Below the pieces are notes generated by a model. That model did no database searches, had not been told where the DNA came from, and saw only the letters and a program-made list of their open reading frames with translations. The position numbers were made by a program, and so were the translations under genes. Below are positions 50,790 through 63,288 of a stretch of 64,000 bases of DNA, piece by piece. The first letter of the stretch is position 1. Every line of letters starts with the position of its first letter. Origin of the DNA: Adineta vaga (lineage: Eukaryota; Animalia; Rotifera); contig CP075494.1 of assembly GCA_021613535.1 (NCBI GenBank), positions 186,001-250,000 of the forward strand, written 5' to 3'.

Positions 50790-51584
50790 ATTTAACACAC
50801 AAATGAAAAATGTAACAAAACACTATATTTGATATAGGGTTTCACTGGGAAAAAACCAACTTCTTTAAATGTTTATAGTGCCATTATAAAAAAAGAAAAA
50901 TTTTGTTCTTTTCTTCTAACAACGCGTTATTAATATTATCAGTTTGAGGGTGTACTTGTATTGACAGGAAAAAAAGTGACTTTTCTTTTTAAAAATTTCT
51001 TTTACCTTTTTTTCTCTCTCTCTCTTTCGCAAGTGAGTTTGCATAAGTGGGTAGGCATACTCGCACAGCAAATGACTGAAGTACGTCATGTAATCGTAAA
51101 CTATTCGAGTATGGTTTGATTTCAATATAAAAGAATCAGTGTAAATTGAAGTAAAGATATGCATGTACAAGTGTATGAGTGTAGATGTAAATATTAATAC
51201 TGAATATCTTAGGCCAAATCCTGTTATGGAATTAAATTTTTATCGAACCAAGACAAATATAAAATATCTAACTTTTTCATAGATATTGTATTTCCTATAG
51301 AAATCGATTGATATAAATCACTCAACTTTTTATATAATCTAAAGACGATAAATTATATTTTTACTTTTACATCTATATAAAGTACTAGCGGAAGTACCCG
51401 ACGAGGGTCTAGAACTTGAGGGTGTGGGTGAGTAATACTCTTCTTTTCACCCATACCCACACCCTCGAATATATTAATCGAAAGCATTTTTATATCTTAA
51501 GAATTATAAAAGACAATCTAATCAGTTAAATCTTATTTATTGTTGGAATCAATTTTAAAAAATCGGCTATAAAAAGTTGAATAT

Positions 51585-51761
51585 TTATCGTATTCGAACC
51601 ATTGTTTGATAATATTGAGTAATACGACGTGGGCCTAAACAAGGATCACAGCAGATGCGTTCAACACAACAACACACTGGAACACACACAGGTTGTTGTG
51701 ATTGCGGTGGTAGTGGAACAGGAGGAGAACAACAAGGATTGACATTTGGACCAAAAGCCAT
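51585..51761 (-). CDS. Small Cys/Pro-rich protein (58 aa), below the ORF-track cutoff
   Basis: MAFGPNVNPCCSPPVPLPPQSQQPVCVPVCCCVERICCDPCLGPRRITQYYQTMVRIR*; TATA-like run upstream. Confidence 0.6.
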   Translation of the reverse strand: MAFGPNVNPCCSPPVPLPPQSQQPVCVPVCCCVERICCDPCLGPRRITQYYQTMVRIR

Positions 51762-52750
51762 ATTGAAATTATTTCCTGTTATTGATATTCTTATATGAAT
51801 GAAAATATATATTCAGATATGACATGTATATATATATAGTTTAAGAAATTTTTATAGAGAGACGTAGGATCATTCAAGCATAACGGGTGGGTGTGAGTGT
51901 TTTTTGAAACTGTTACTCCTAATTACATATGAATTGTGTAAGAATTAATTATTTGTTAATAATGAATATGATTATTCATTCTTACGTAGGAGTAATTATC
52001 AAAAAGAAATTAAATGCATTCTATTTTTTATCAATTAATGTTATTGCATCATAGAATGGTAAGAAAAAAAAATATCATTACTATTTGTTTATGAAAGAAT
52101 AAGTTTGAAGAAAAAGATATTTCATATACAGATCATTCGATATATTTATTCTTAATCTTTTATTTATGTACCATAAACAAAATATGTAACAGAGTTCAAA
52201 ACAAAACAATATTTACCGTATCGATCACTTCTCAACTCGTGTCATCTCGCTTCATGATTCATTTTAAAAAGTCTGTCTTGGCCCCGTCTCGCTTCGGTAT
52301 TTCTAGATACTATCAAAATCGATCGTTAATAGATTTTATTTATTTAGCGTGCAACCTATTTTTGCGATATTACCCATCTGGGCTGTATGACATTTTCAAT
52401 AATTTATATTACAGTTCCTTTTTGATAGTCAAAAGATGTATAAACACAAAAAAAAACTAATAAATAAAAAATTTGGATGTGGGTGTTGGTGACAGAAGAT
52501 AGAAGTACTCACACCACACCTACGACTACAACACCCACACCACACCCACCCTCAAAGCGATGCGATTCTTGACAGAAAGAAATAGATATAGGCGTATATA
52601 GTACCATCAACACATACTTCTCTTTATGAATCATATGAAGTTGATGAGAATTTCTTAAATTATGGATATAGAAAATATATTCTTAAGATAAATCTCAATA
52701 AATCATTTGAAGAAAAAGAAAATATATTAATAATTTAACAAAAAATAATT

Positions 52751-54667
52751 TTATTTCCATATATAAAATTGTTGATTAATAAATATTTGTTTCCATTTGC
52801 AAGATATCATTCCAGAGTTAATTAAATGTTGAAAATATCTCAAAGAATGATTATTACCATTAAGAAATTTCAATAAAATCATCTGTTGAGTATTTTGATT
52901 ATTATCATTGAATAGAAATGGTAATATTAAATTCATATCTTTCGTTTTTTCTAAATACATTTCTAAACTTTGTAAACGAGGAAATAACATAACAAGTAAT
53001 TCAACTCTATCAATTCCACATTTGTTTCGACAAGAAAGATTTCTAACTGAATTTGTACGTGATACTAATTGAAATAATTCAGTATTTTCTAAAGTAGTTT
53101 TATTATCTCTATAAAGTGGCATTGTTTGAAATATTAATGTTTGAATATTAAATGCAAATGATAAGAATTTCATTAGATATATAAAAGGAAAATGATTACA
53201 TTTAATTATAAGAGTTTTTAATTGTTCCATCGATAGAATAGACGAAAGATTAATTAATAATGATTCAGAAGAAACAATAATAAAATCTTTTTTGAAAGTT
53301 ACTTTTTTAACTCGTGGAAAATGATATAAACATTTATCAATTACTTTTTGATTTCCAATTTGAATATGATCAATGGATTCGAAAACACGTTTCGTATCAT
53401 TCAATGGATAAGATAATTCATAATATTTTCGTCTAAAAAAAACAAATAGAAAAGATTTATTGAAGATATATAATCATAATGAATTATACCTATATGGATT
53501 TATTGAATAGAATATTAAATAATCACCAGACATATCTGAACTGATTTGATATTCAAAAAACCATTGTCGTTGAATCCAAAATAAAGAATTAAATAAATTC
53601 ACTTCTTGTTTTAATGATTCTTTTAGCGAATCAATATGTGCACGTAATTCAAATCGGACATCAAAGATACGCAAATTTGGTAGAGATAATGATATGATTT
53701 GTTCCCATGCTTTTGCATTCATATATTTATTTTCCAATCCATTAAGATAAAAAACTTGAATAGAAGAAAAATAATTCATAAATTGTTGTAGTTGATTGAA
53801 ACTCCATCGGAAATCTAATGTAAGATATAAATGTGTTAAATATTTCAATGGAGAACAATGCGATTGATTTTGAATTGCTCGTTTTTCACTTAATAGTTGT
53901 AATGATAAACGATGAAGATTAGGAACATATGAAAATAGTGCATCTAACTGATCGAATCTTATGTCATCATTTATGATTAAATGTTCGATTGAACTATGGT
54001 TATTTATTGTTAAAGAAAGTGTTTCAGTTGGAAACCATTTTCCTAATGATAATTTACAATATTTTAATACAGATAAACAAAAGATTTGTTGATAAATAGA
54101 ATTCATATTTTCAACGCGATCAACAGTAGAAATGCTAAGTGAAGATAAATGTGGTAATGAAGTTAATTGATGTAGAATATTGTTAAGAGATTTTGGTGCG
54201 ATATTTTCCAGGATTAATGTTCGAAGAGATGTTTTTTCAGATAATATAAGTACATTTTGATCAAACATAAAATGATTTGAAATTCGTAGAGTATCAATTC
54301 GATGTGTATTGCAGAGGATTATATCACGATTGTATTCGTCAAAGTTGATTTGAGTCATTAGTAAAAGATTGATTTTAAGTGGAAAAATAGGTTTTTTAAT
54401 AAGAGAACGAAATCGATGGTTAAGATTGTAAAATACTTGATAAATATGATAATAATCAAAATATTCGAATATTTCATATAAAAGTTCATTAGCAAGATCT
54501 TCAAATTGTAAAATATTTATTATTGTAACACTAAAAATATTAGAAAAATTTATTTTTAATTTATATTTTCATTTGATTTACTTATTCGTTGTTAATTTTA
54601 ATTGTTTGTTATTATTCTTTATTTCATCATTAAAATTATAACTTCGTTGTCGTTTGAGTTGTTCCAT
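52751..54667 (-). CDS. F-box/LRR-like protein, 3 exons
   Basis: FEDLANELLYEIFEYFD F-box-like start, WEQII, FWIQRQWFF, YSINPY family motifs; short introns. Confidence 0.8.
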
Positions 54668-55676
54668 GTATTGTTATTACTCAACAAGATGAAAAAATGA
54701 CTATCATCTTATTTTCATCTGTTATCTTTTGTTGATTATTTATTATAAAAAGAGAAAATAATATGATTCATAAAATTATAAATAGATGTCCTAGTATAAC
54801 TAGAGAATCAGAAAGAATTTTATAGAGAAAATAATATTGTTTCATTATTTTTATTAATAAATTATGATATGATTAAAAAGTGTTCTTTTCTATTTAGAAG
54901 ATAATAATCCAAAAATCATCGATTACTTGAATAAATATAAATTATTCTTCGTTTGTATTGTTTTTCATTGATTAACTATTAAATCTTTGGATTTGTTTGT
55001 TTTGTTCCAATATTTAAAATAATTTTCTTTTTTTTTACATGAAACACATAATGAAAAGTAGATTATAGTTGTATTTTTCTTATTTGTAATCAATAAATAT
55101 TTCAAAAAAAGATGCGATATCAATCCATTATTTTTTTTATTCGAAAATATTTCATTTGTAGAAATAACATAACAAGTAATTGAACACAACTCGTTCTTTC
55201 AAAGAAACATTCTTAATTATATTTGTCTTCGATATTATGATTGGAATAATTCGTTTTGTTTAATATTTCTTCTATCAGTCCTATAGGAATTGACATAAAT
55301 TTGAACTCGAACGTTTGAATATTGAGTGCAAGTGATAATAATGTGAGGATATTCATGAAGGAGACATGATCAGATTTAATAATCAAACTTTTCAATTATT
55401 TTAAAGGTAATATTCGAATGAGATTTATTATTATTGATTCAAAACTGTCAAAAGAACGTACATCTTCCGGAGTAAAGTTTAGTGACGTGTGGGTGTGGGT
55501 GTTGTTCAAGGTATCTTTTCTTTCCCCACACCCACACCCACACCCTCACCCTTATTATTGACATTGATTCGTCCTTATTTTATCTTATCTACATACATAA
55601 ACAAGTGAAATATCATTATTATTTCATATGCTTCCTTTTTCTTACAACATTCACACTGTTAAAATCATTTTTAGAA

Positions 55677-57261
55677 ATGGCAACGTCACCTACTGAAACA
55701 CAATGTATCATTTGTAAAAAAGAAAGAGGCACTTTTAAATGTAATGAATGTTTACAATCTTTTTGTTATGAACATATACCAAATCATCGACAAGAACAGA
55801 ATGAACAACTCGATGCAATCGAAGTTACTATAGATCTTTTTCATCAAACACTCACAGACTATTCAAACAAACCTAATGAAAATGATGAACTCTTTCAACA
55901 AATTAATCAATGGGAAGAAGATTCAATTAAGAAAATTAAACAAACAGCTGAAGAAACAAGACAAATTTTACAAACATACATAAATGAATTATTACCTAAA
56001 ATTGAAGTAAAATTAAATAAATTAACAAAACAACTTCAAGAAAGTCGAGATAAAAATGATTGTATGGAAAAAGATTTTCAACAATGGAATCAGCAATTGA
56101 TTCAAATGAATAATGAATTGAAGAAACCATCGAATATCCAAATTAAACAAAGTTCAATACCGTTGATAAATAAAATCAATATTGAGATATTTACGGGTAA
56201 GATATGAGATTTTATAAAAAGGGAAAGAGAGAAGAGAATAAATATATTAATGATATTTGTGAATGATCAATTCTAAAAAGATTTTTTGAAATAATGATTA
56301 AATTGTGAAAATAATTTCTTATGTCTGATTAAATATAATTTTTTTAGGATCGTTAGTTAAAACAAATCTTAGTGTTGATTCAAAATGGATACAAAATGGT
56401 ATTACAATAGCTGGTGGAAATAAAAAAGGGAACGAACTTAATCAACTAAGTCATCCATACAGCGTTTACATTTATAAGGATGAAACTATTTATATTGCTG
56501 ATTATTATAATCATCGTATTGTAGAATGGCAAATTGGAGCAAGAGAAGGTTGTATTGTTGCTGGAGGAAATCGAAGTGATCAACTGAATTGTCCAACAAA
56601 TGTTATTGTAGATGAAGAAACTGATTCTCTTACTATCTCTGATTTTAAGAATAAAAGGATAATGAGATGGTCTCGTCGAGAAAAGAAAAGTGGAGAAATA
56701 ATTATTTCTGATGTTGGATCTTATGGAATAATAATGGACAATGAAAGATATTTATATGTTTCTGATTGGGATAAACACGAAGTACGACGATGGAAGATTG
56801 GTGATGAAAATGGAAAATTAGTTGCAGGTGGAAATGGAAAAGGAAATCGGCTTGATCAACTGAGTGCACCCTCTGGTATATTTGTTGATAAAGATCATTC
56901 TTTATATGTTGTAGATCGAGAGAATCATCGTGTAATGAAATGGATGAAAGATGCAAAAAAAGGTATTGTTGTTGCAGGTGGTCAAGGTAAAGGAAATGGT
57001 TTGTCACAATTGTCTAGACCTTGGGGAATAGTTGTGGATGAATTAGGAACTGTTTATGTGGGTGATCAAGGGAATCAACGAGTAATGAGATGGTGTTTAG
57101 GTGCAAAAGAAGGAAGTATAGTTGTTGGTGGAAACGGAGTTGGACAAGAAAGTAATCAATTGTATTGTCCTATGAATTTGTCATTTGATCGACAAAATAA
57201 TTTGCATGTTGTTGATCAGTATAATCACCGAATACAAAAATTTCATATTGATTCACATTGA
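55677..57261 (+). CDS. B-box/coiled-coil + NHL-repeat protein (TRIM-NHL-like), 2 exons
   Basis: CIIC...CNECLQSFCYEH zinc finger, coiled coil, repeated VAGGNG.G....QL..P NHL units. Confidence 0.88.
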
Positions 57262-59159
57262 AGTGGATAATAGCGTAACAGCAAAAGTTAGACCAATTAG
57301 GCTTTATTTGATTTTCTTTTTTTAAATTGTTTAAGTTAAGAATAAATAAAGAGAAAAGAAAGTTGAATATATTCCCTCGACTGTAGAGAGGGTCTTACGA
57401 AATAAAATGGGTGTGGGTGTGGGTGTGCAAGGGCAAAAAAGTGAATCCTATAAAACTTTCGAATCCTCATGGCTTCCTATAGATCCTAGTATCTAAAAAA
57501 GACGAATCCTCGTTGATCCTGATAGATACTCATGGTTTCCATGAGTCAACATGAATAGTACGATCTCAGAGACTATGAGAATCCAGGATCCGCCTTTTCC
57601 CCTCCCACCGTGGGACGAAGATTTTTTTAAGATCCCATTCAGGGTTGCCAAACCTCCTGATTTTTAATTCTTTTCTTATGTTTAAGTTTATACGACGTTT
57701 CATATACGAAGAATGAGAATAAAGAGAATAGTGACAACTAGATATATATGGCACAGTTGACATGAGAATTCAGTTGAGATTGGAATGTGCGAAAAAAATA
57801 GACAAAAAAAGAAAAACGAAAATTAAATATAGACAGAGATTCAAAAACAAAAAATAGAATAAAAATAAAATGTATTTCTTCACCAATAAATCTAACTGAA
57901 TCGAATGGAATATTATAAACGGATTTTCATAAAGAAACATTTTCGTCATTCATACCGTTTTCTTTTTATCAAAGAATAGTTTCATTTTCGCTTTGTTCGT
58001 AAGATTATACATAGACTATATTTATAAGGATTCCATTTGATTGATAATAATAAATGAACAATTCATAAAAGAGTGTATTTCAAAATATTATTATGTAAGA
58101 GATCTAAGTGATACAATCATTTCCTTACTTTATATTCTCTTAGTAGATGTTAGTTCCTACAAAACGAAGATTTGGCGATAGTCCTATGATAATCTTATTA
58201 AATTAAGTTATTAAATTCGTTGTTTCATGTTTAACTTGTCAAATTTTGTAGAAATATTTACTTCATTAACCAAATATACTCCCTGTCTTTCTTACCTCCT
58301 ACTCGAAATTATTTCGTCTAAACTATTTCAAATTTATTTTGATTTCAACGGGCACTAAAAAACGATATTCCTATTCCTCAAACTGAACTGCTTTATTTCT
58401 CGTTTTAATTTATGTCGCCATTTTCATGAGCTCTCTGCTCGTAATGTTTCAAACTTCTCTAAATTTTTATTAATATCTAAAGTAGTGTACCACTCATTAC
58501 ATTCTATTTCCAGTCAGTCAATAAAAATATTTAACAAAACCTCTATTTTCTGAAAAAATATCTGATAGATAATTCATTTTTCACCCCTATAATTTATGCG
58601 TCGCAAATATTTATTCTATGCATACAAACATATTTTCTTATACATTGAAACATTCGGAAGCAGTCTCATCTATATTCTAAATAAGAAATTGCAGAAAACT
58701 AATTTTTAAAAAAGGAAAAGAGAAAGATTTATTAAAATCAGTGGGCAAATATACCGTAACAGGAAAAATAGGTAGCAGAAATCTTTCTCTTTATGCAAAA
58801 CGAAAGAAAATTCTATATGTCGCATTTCTCACCTAGAAAAGAAAACTATTTTTTCTACGAAAATCAGTCTCTTCTTTTTATACAAAAATCAACATCCTCT
58901 TTATAAAACAATTATTTAACGATTCATAACTTAATTAAATAAATTATAATTGTTTTCTTTAATATACAATTATCAATTCTATTTTTCCTCTCTACAAATA
59001 AAAATATAGATTTAGATAGTATTTTTCTATATTCCAATCTCAACTAAATTCCCTAATCGACTGCCACATATATCTACAATCATTTATTTTCCCAAGATCC
59101 TACGTATTGTAATTATTGAGGGTGTGGGTGTGGGTGTGGGTATAGCACACCCACCACAC

Positions 59160-59500
59160 GCTGGAACTAATCTGGCTGCAGCATTTTCTCGTCTAAATTT
59201 TCTAACTTGTTGTTCGTATAAGGATGAAACTGGTGTTACAGGATCTTCATCAATTCTTCGTTTTATTGATCTAATAATTCATACACATATCTAGATTCAT
59301 TTTTTGATCATGTTCAAATTCATGATGTTCATCTGCTTTAATTGATGACGTTTTTGTAACTGAACCTTCACGCATCACAATTGAAGCATTGCATAATTTG
59401 TGCGTACATATCCATACCTCACTTCCGTTTTTATTTGTACGTTTTTTTCCGAAAAGATAATTTTTGCACATAATTCCTCCATTACCAGATTGTGTGGCAA
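59160..59500 (-). pseudogene. FLYWCH/MULE transposase relic
   Basis: NYLF...NKNGSEVWICTHKLCNASI...H...H FLYWCH-like motif. Confidence 0.5.
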
Positions 59501-60038
59501 TAAAGGAAATGTTTCTTTGGTTTACGATAGAAATTTTATGAACTGTTTATTTCTATTTTGGTTGCTTTAAATAGGTCTATGTCTAGTATACACTTTCGAA
59601 AAAAATGACCTGGAAAGCACTCATGTATCCAGCACCACATCATTTCACTAGCGATAATTTCGTCTACACAATTTATTAAAATGTCCTACACTTATCTGTC
59701 GATTTCTTTCTTTTCGGTAATTCTATAATGCGGCCATTCTTTCCTCTTACCCCCTGTTTCTTGATTGTGGACATATTCTTTCGTCAATTAAGGAAAAATG
59801 ACCACAATCAAGAAGATACGGTTTTTTGTTCATACACTCTATTCCCTAATATAAAAGTACGTTTCATATCAGATCTATTAAATATAATAGGTTTTGAGAC
59901 ATAAGGCGACGTTATGAGTCATTTTAATCGTAACTCAAACATAAAATTCTACTGTAATGTTTACCCACACTTTCTTTCCATGTAAACAGAACAATAAAAG
60001 CACATTTCTTTCACAATCTGAAAATTCTTTTCAATACA

Positions 60039-61754
60039 ATGTCACAAACAAAATTTGAAATTTTACCAAATGAAATTTTACTTCAATGCTTTCATTATCT
60101 TAATATCATCGATATTTTTCATTCATTTGATCAATTAAATCAACGATTCAATTCTCTTATTCGAAATATTCCATTTTGCTTAACTTTTGAAAATATTCAA
60201 AACAAATTCCAGTGTAAAGAATTTTGTCAGAAACTATCAACTGATGAAACAGTTCGAAATCAAGTTTATTCAATACATTTATCCAACAAAGAAACATGTT
60301 ATCCAGTTCATTTATTTCTTTCAAAATTTTCACTTTTACAATTTCCTCGTCTTCGTTCATTAACTTTACACGAAATAACAACAAATAATTGGAAAAATAT
60401 TCGACCTACATTATCATCGATAAGTGAATTATCTTCTTTTCATATGATGAATTGCGATAAATTTTTCGATAATCCAATATCTCAACTGCCAATGTCACAA
60501 TTACAAACATTGATCATACCTCAACAATTATTTCCAAGATCGATTTCATATATTGAATTTTCATCAATTATCGATTTATCGATTTCTCTATATTATTTCA
60601 ATGATATATGTATTATATTCAATGATGTAATAAAATTAAAATATTTAAAAATAAATAGGGTCGTTCACAAAACCATAAATGAGACCGAAAACAATGTTAA
60701 GTTTCTAAATAGTTCTTCTAATACGCTGATAACATTCCATACTAACAGTTTTGACAATGACGTTTCTTATCTTTTTATGCTACTGAAAGGAACACCTAAT
60801 TTGGAAAATTTAATAATATCAAGTAATAATAATTCAAGTATGATAAATGCTTCAGAATGGAAACATTTCATAATTTCTTCATTAACTCATTTAAAGAATT
60901 TCAAGTTTCATTTTTCTATCGATACATTTTCACAAAACAATATTAATGAACAAAGTTTAAAAGAATTTCAAAATGATTTTTGGTATAATGAACATCATTG
61001 GTATACAGAATATATTATATCGACATGTTCAACATTACTTTATACTATACCCTATTCATATGTAACATTTACAATTTTACCAAATAGTCATAGATATTAT
61101 AATGAATCAATAAATCATCAAAAAACATTCGATAATGTCAAATATTTAAGACTGGAGTTTCAAGTATTAACAAATAGAGTTCAATATTATTTTCCTAATG
61201 TTGATTCTTTATCAATTGTAACGCACGCTTCGTCATTAAGTGGTGATATTGAGATGAATTATTCACATTTAAAATCTCTGAAAACTATTGTAAATTTATC
61301 AAATATCAAATGTTTGATTGTAAACGATGACGTACGATGCGAAGCAAAATATGCGATCAAAGAATTATTCAAATCTGCAACACAACTGACGACCTTAAAC
61401 ACGAACTTATCTAATATAATAAGTTGGTTTGATGATGATGAATTATGCAAATATTTGAAGAAAACGATCAAGAAATTGGATATAGGTGTCGATCTATTAC
61501 AGAATTCAGATGATTTAGAACGATTTTGTGAAATATTCTCTAATCTTGAACAACTTGAATGCTCTTCAAATGAGTTGAATACTTTATTTTTAATCGAACA
61601 TTTACCCAATTTAATCTATATGAAAATTTATCCACATACAAGTTATAAAGGATTATTTTTGTTCAAAGAAGAAGTAAAAAAAGTTAATTTAGATATGATC
61701 CTTGATTTTGGTAATGATGATTATCCTTTTATTTTATTCATTTGGATCAATTGA
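60039..61754 (+). CDS. F-box/LRR-like protein, intronless
   Basis: FEILPNEILLQCFHYL, WKHFI, FQNDFW...HHW, LYTIPY. Confidence 0.85.
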   Translation: MSQTKFEILPNEILLQCFHYLNIIDIFHSFDQLNQRFNSLIRNIPFCLTFENIQNKFQCKEFCQKLSTDETVRNQVYSIHLSNKETCYPVHLFLSKFSLLQFPRLRSLTLHEITTNNWKNIRPTLSSISELSSFHMMNCDKFFDNPISQLPMSQLQTLIIPQQLFPRSISYIEFSSIIDLSISLYYFNDICIIFNDVIKLKYLKINRVVHKTINETENNVKFLNSSSNTLITFHTNSFDNDVSYLFMLLKGTPNLENLIISSNNNSSMINASEWKHFIISSLTHLKNFKFHFSIDTFSQNNINEQSLKEFQNDFWYNEHHWYTEYIISTCSTLLYTIPYSYVTFTILPNSHRYYNESINHQKTFDNVKYLRLEFQVLTNRVQYYFPNVDSLSIVTHASSLSGDIEMNYSHLKSLKTIVNLSNIKCLIVNDDVRCEAKYAIKELFKSATQLTTLNTNLSNIISWFDDDELCKYLKKTIKKLDIGVDLLQNSDDLERFCEIFSNLEQLECSSNELNTLFLIEHLPNLIYMKIYPHTSYKGLFLFKEEVKKVNLDMILDFGNDDYPFILFIWIN

Positions 61755-61905
61755 AATTAAATGAAAATATTTTATATTCACAAATAAACATGTTTTATGA
61801 GAAAATTTCAAATTTCAATAAAAACGATTCTCTTTTTTCAGTGATTTTGAGGGTGTGGATGTGGGTGCGAATCTCCGTCCTATATATATATTTACACCCA
61901 CACCC

Positions 61906-62178
61906 TCAAAGCTGTACTAACATCTGCAATTCCCAATCGAATCCATTTACTTTTGACACAGGTTCATGATTTCGTACAAGCCATAATTCTGTTGGTATAA
62001 AAAATTCACTATCATATAAAGTAGTTAATGGTGCTTCGCAATTAAACGGATGTACTCCTGCGTGTCGAATAAGTCTAATATATATTCGAACATGTGCATC
62101 AGGTGTTTTTTCTTCATATTGTAATACTTTTGATAGTTTTTCTGTTTCTGAAAGAAAAACGAAGAACAATTGAATCAA
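61906..62178 (-). pseudogene. Fragment of eukaryotic assimilatory nitrate reductase (Moco domain N-terminus)
   Basis: TPDAHV...RLIRHAGVHPFNCEAPLTTLY...F....LWLVRNH.PV matches the NR motif TPDxxVxRxxxLIRLTGxHPFNxEAPL...VRNHGPVP. Confidence 0.75.
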
Positions 62179-62349
62179 GCCACATTTGACTACTTTATTG
62201 TTTTATATAATGTTCAACGGGGATTTGATCTATTTTCATTAAAATCAAGAGACTATTCGTGCCGCCCATTCAGAAATGTTCCCATATTGAAAAAATTGGG
62301 GAAACATTGAAAACGTTTACAAAACAATTAACATTTTTAGGGCTTTTTC

Positions 62350-62960
62350 ATGCGAGATCTACATCAACAAATACAAGAAAATCACTTAAATGTTGTTAAT
62401 AGTGAGACGTTCATTGTCTATAGAGAGCAAAAAATGTTTCAAGATGAGTTTGAAAAGTTACGAAATAGCAAGAACGGTCTATTATCATTTAATAATATCC
62501 TTTTAACAAGCTTAGACAAAGATATATCATTGAACTTTGCACGCATTGCTCACGATAAATTTGGTTCACTTGATATTCTTTTTTTTTAAAGAAAATCGAT
62601 GCAACAAATATAACAACACCGTCTATGTCTGTAGACAATGTTAGTTATTATGTAAGTATAGAAAAAGAAATTCTTTTTTCTCTGCATACTATCTTCTAAA
62701 TCTGTGATATAAAAAAATCGATAATCAAAAGCTTCGACGAGTCATTGATCAGGACAGTTCGATCATGGAAGTCGTTCATCTTAATAATCAACTGGCTTCT
62801 TATATTTATAGAGAAAAAAGAAAGCTGCGAAAAAACTTACCGTTTTTACCAAAAAATACTTGAAATGAACGAGAAAATGTTTCCTCCGACTCATATTTGA
62901 TTAGCTAATTTTTACCATAATATAGGTAACGTAAGCAAAATAGTAGAAGATTAACACACA
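62350..62960 (+). pseudogene. Degraded ART/TPR gene
   Basis: DLHQQI...VYRE(G)Q...GLLSFNN..TS, EKEILF; frameshifts. Confidence 0.6.
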
Positions 62961-63288
62961 CACCCACCATCAAGATGCTTTGCCAATTGTCTAAATTTAA
63001 ATGAGAAAATACTAGAAAAAGCCGTTCCCACATGACATTAATTTCTATGAATCACTTATTGTCTTGCTACAAATTGATAGTCGTGCTAGCTTCACATCGA
63101 TTAGTACAGAGGGATTTAAAATGATTCATATAAAATAAATGAAAAGTCTACAGTTATGAAGTTGATTATTAAGGAATACTAGAACTGTTGGTCGAGACGA
63201 TTGGTGTCATCGATTCATCTTTAATCAATGGCTAAGGAGAGAACAATAACTTGATCAAGTAAATAATATAATTATATATATACATATA

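Noticed and set aside
57640-57660. CAGGGTTGCCA, similar to the hAT TIR
   Set aside because: A solitary end; no partner TIR or TSD found in the window.
42-62975. GGGTGT hairpins as a CRISPR-like array
   Set aside because: They are dispersed, degenerate and irregularly spaced, in a eukaryotic context with no cas genes.
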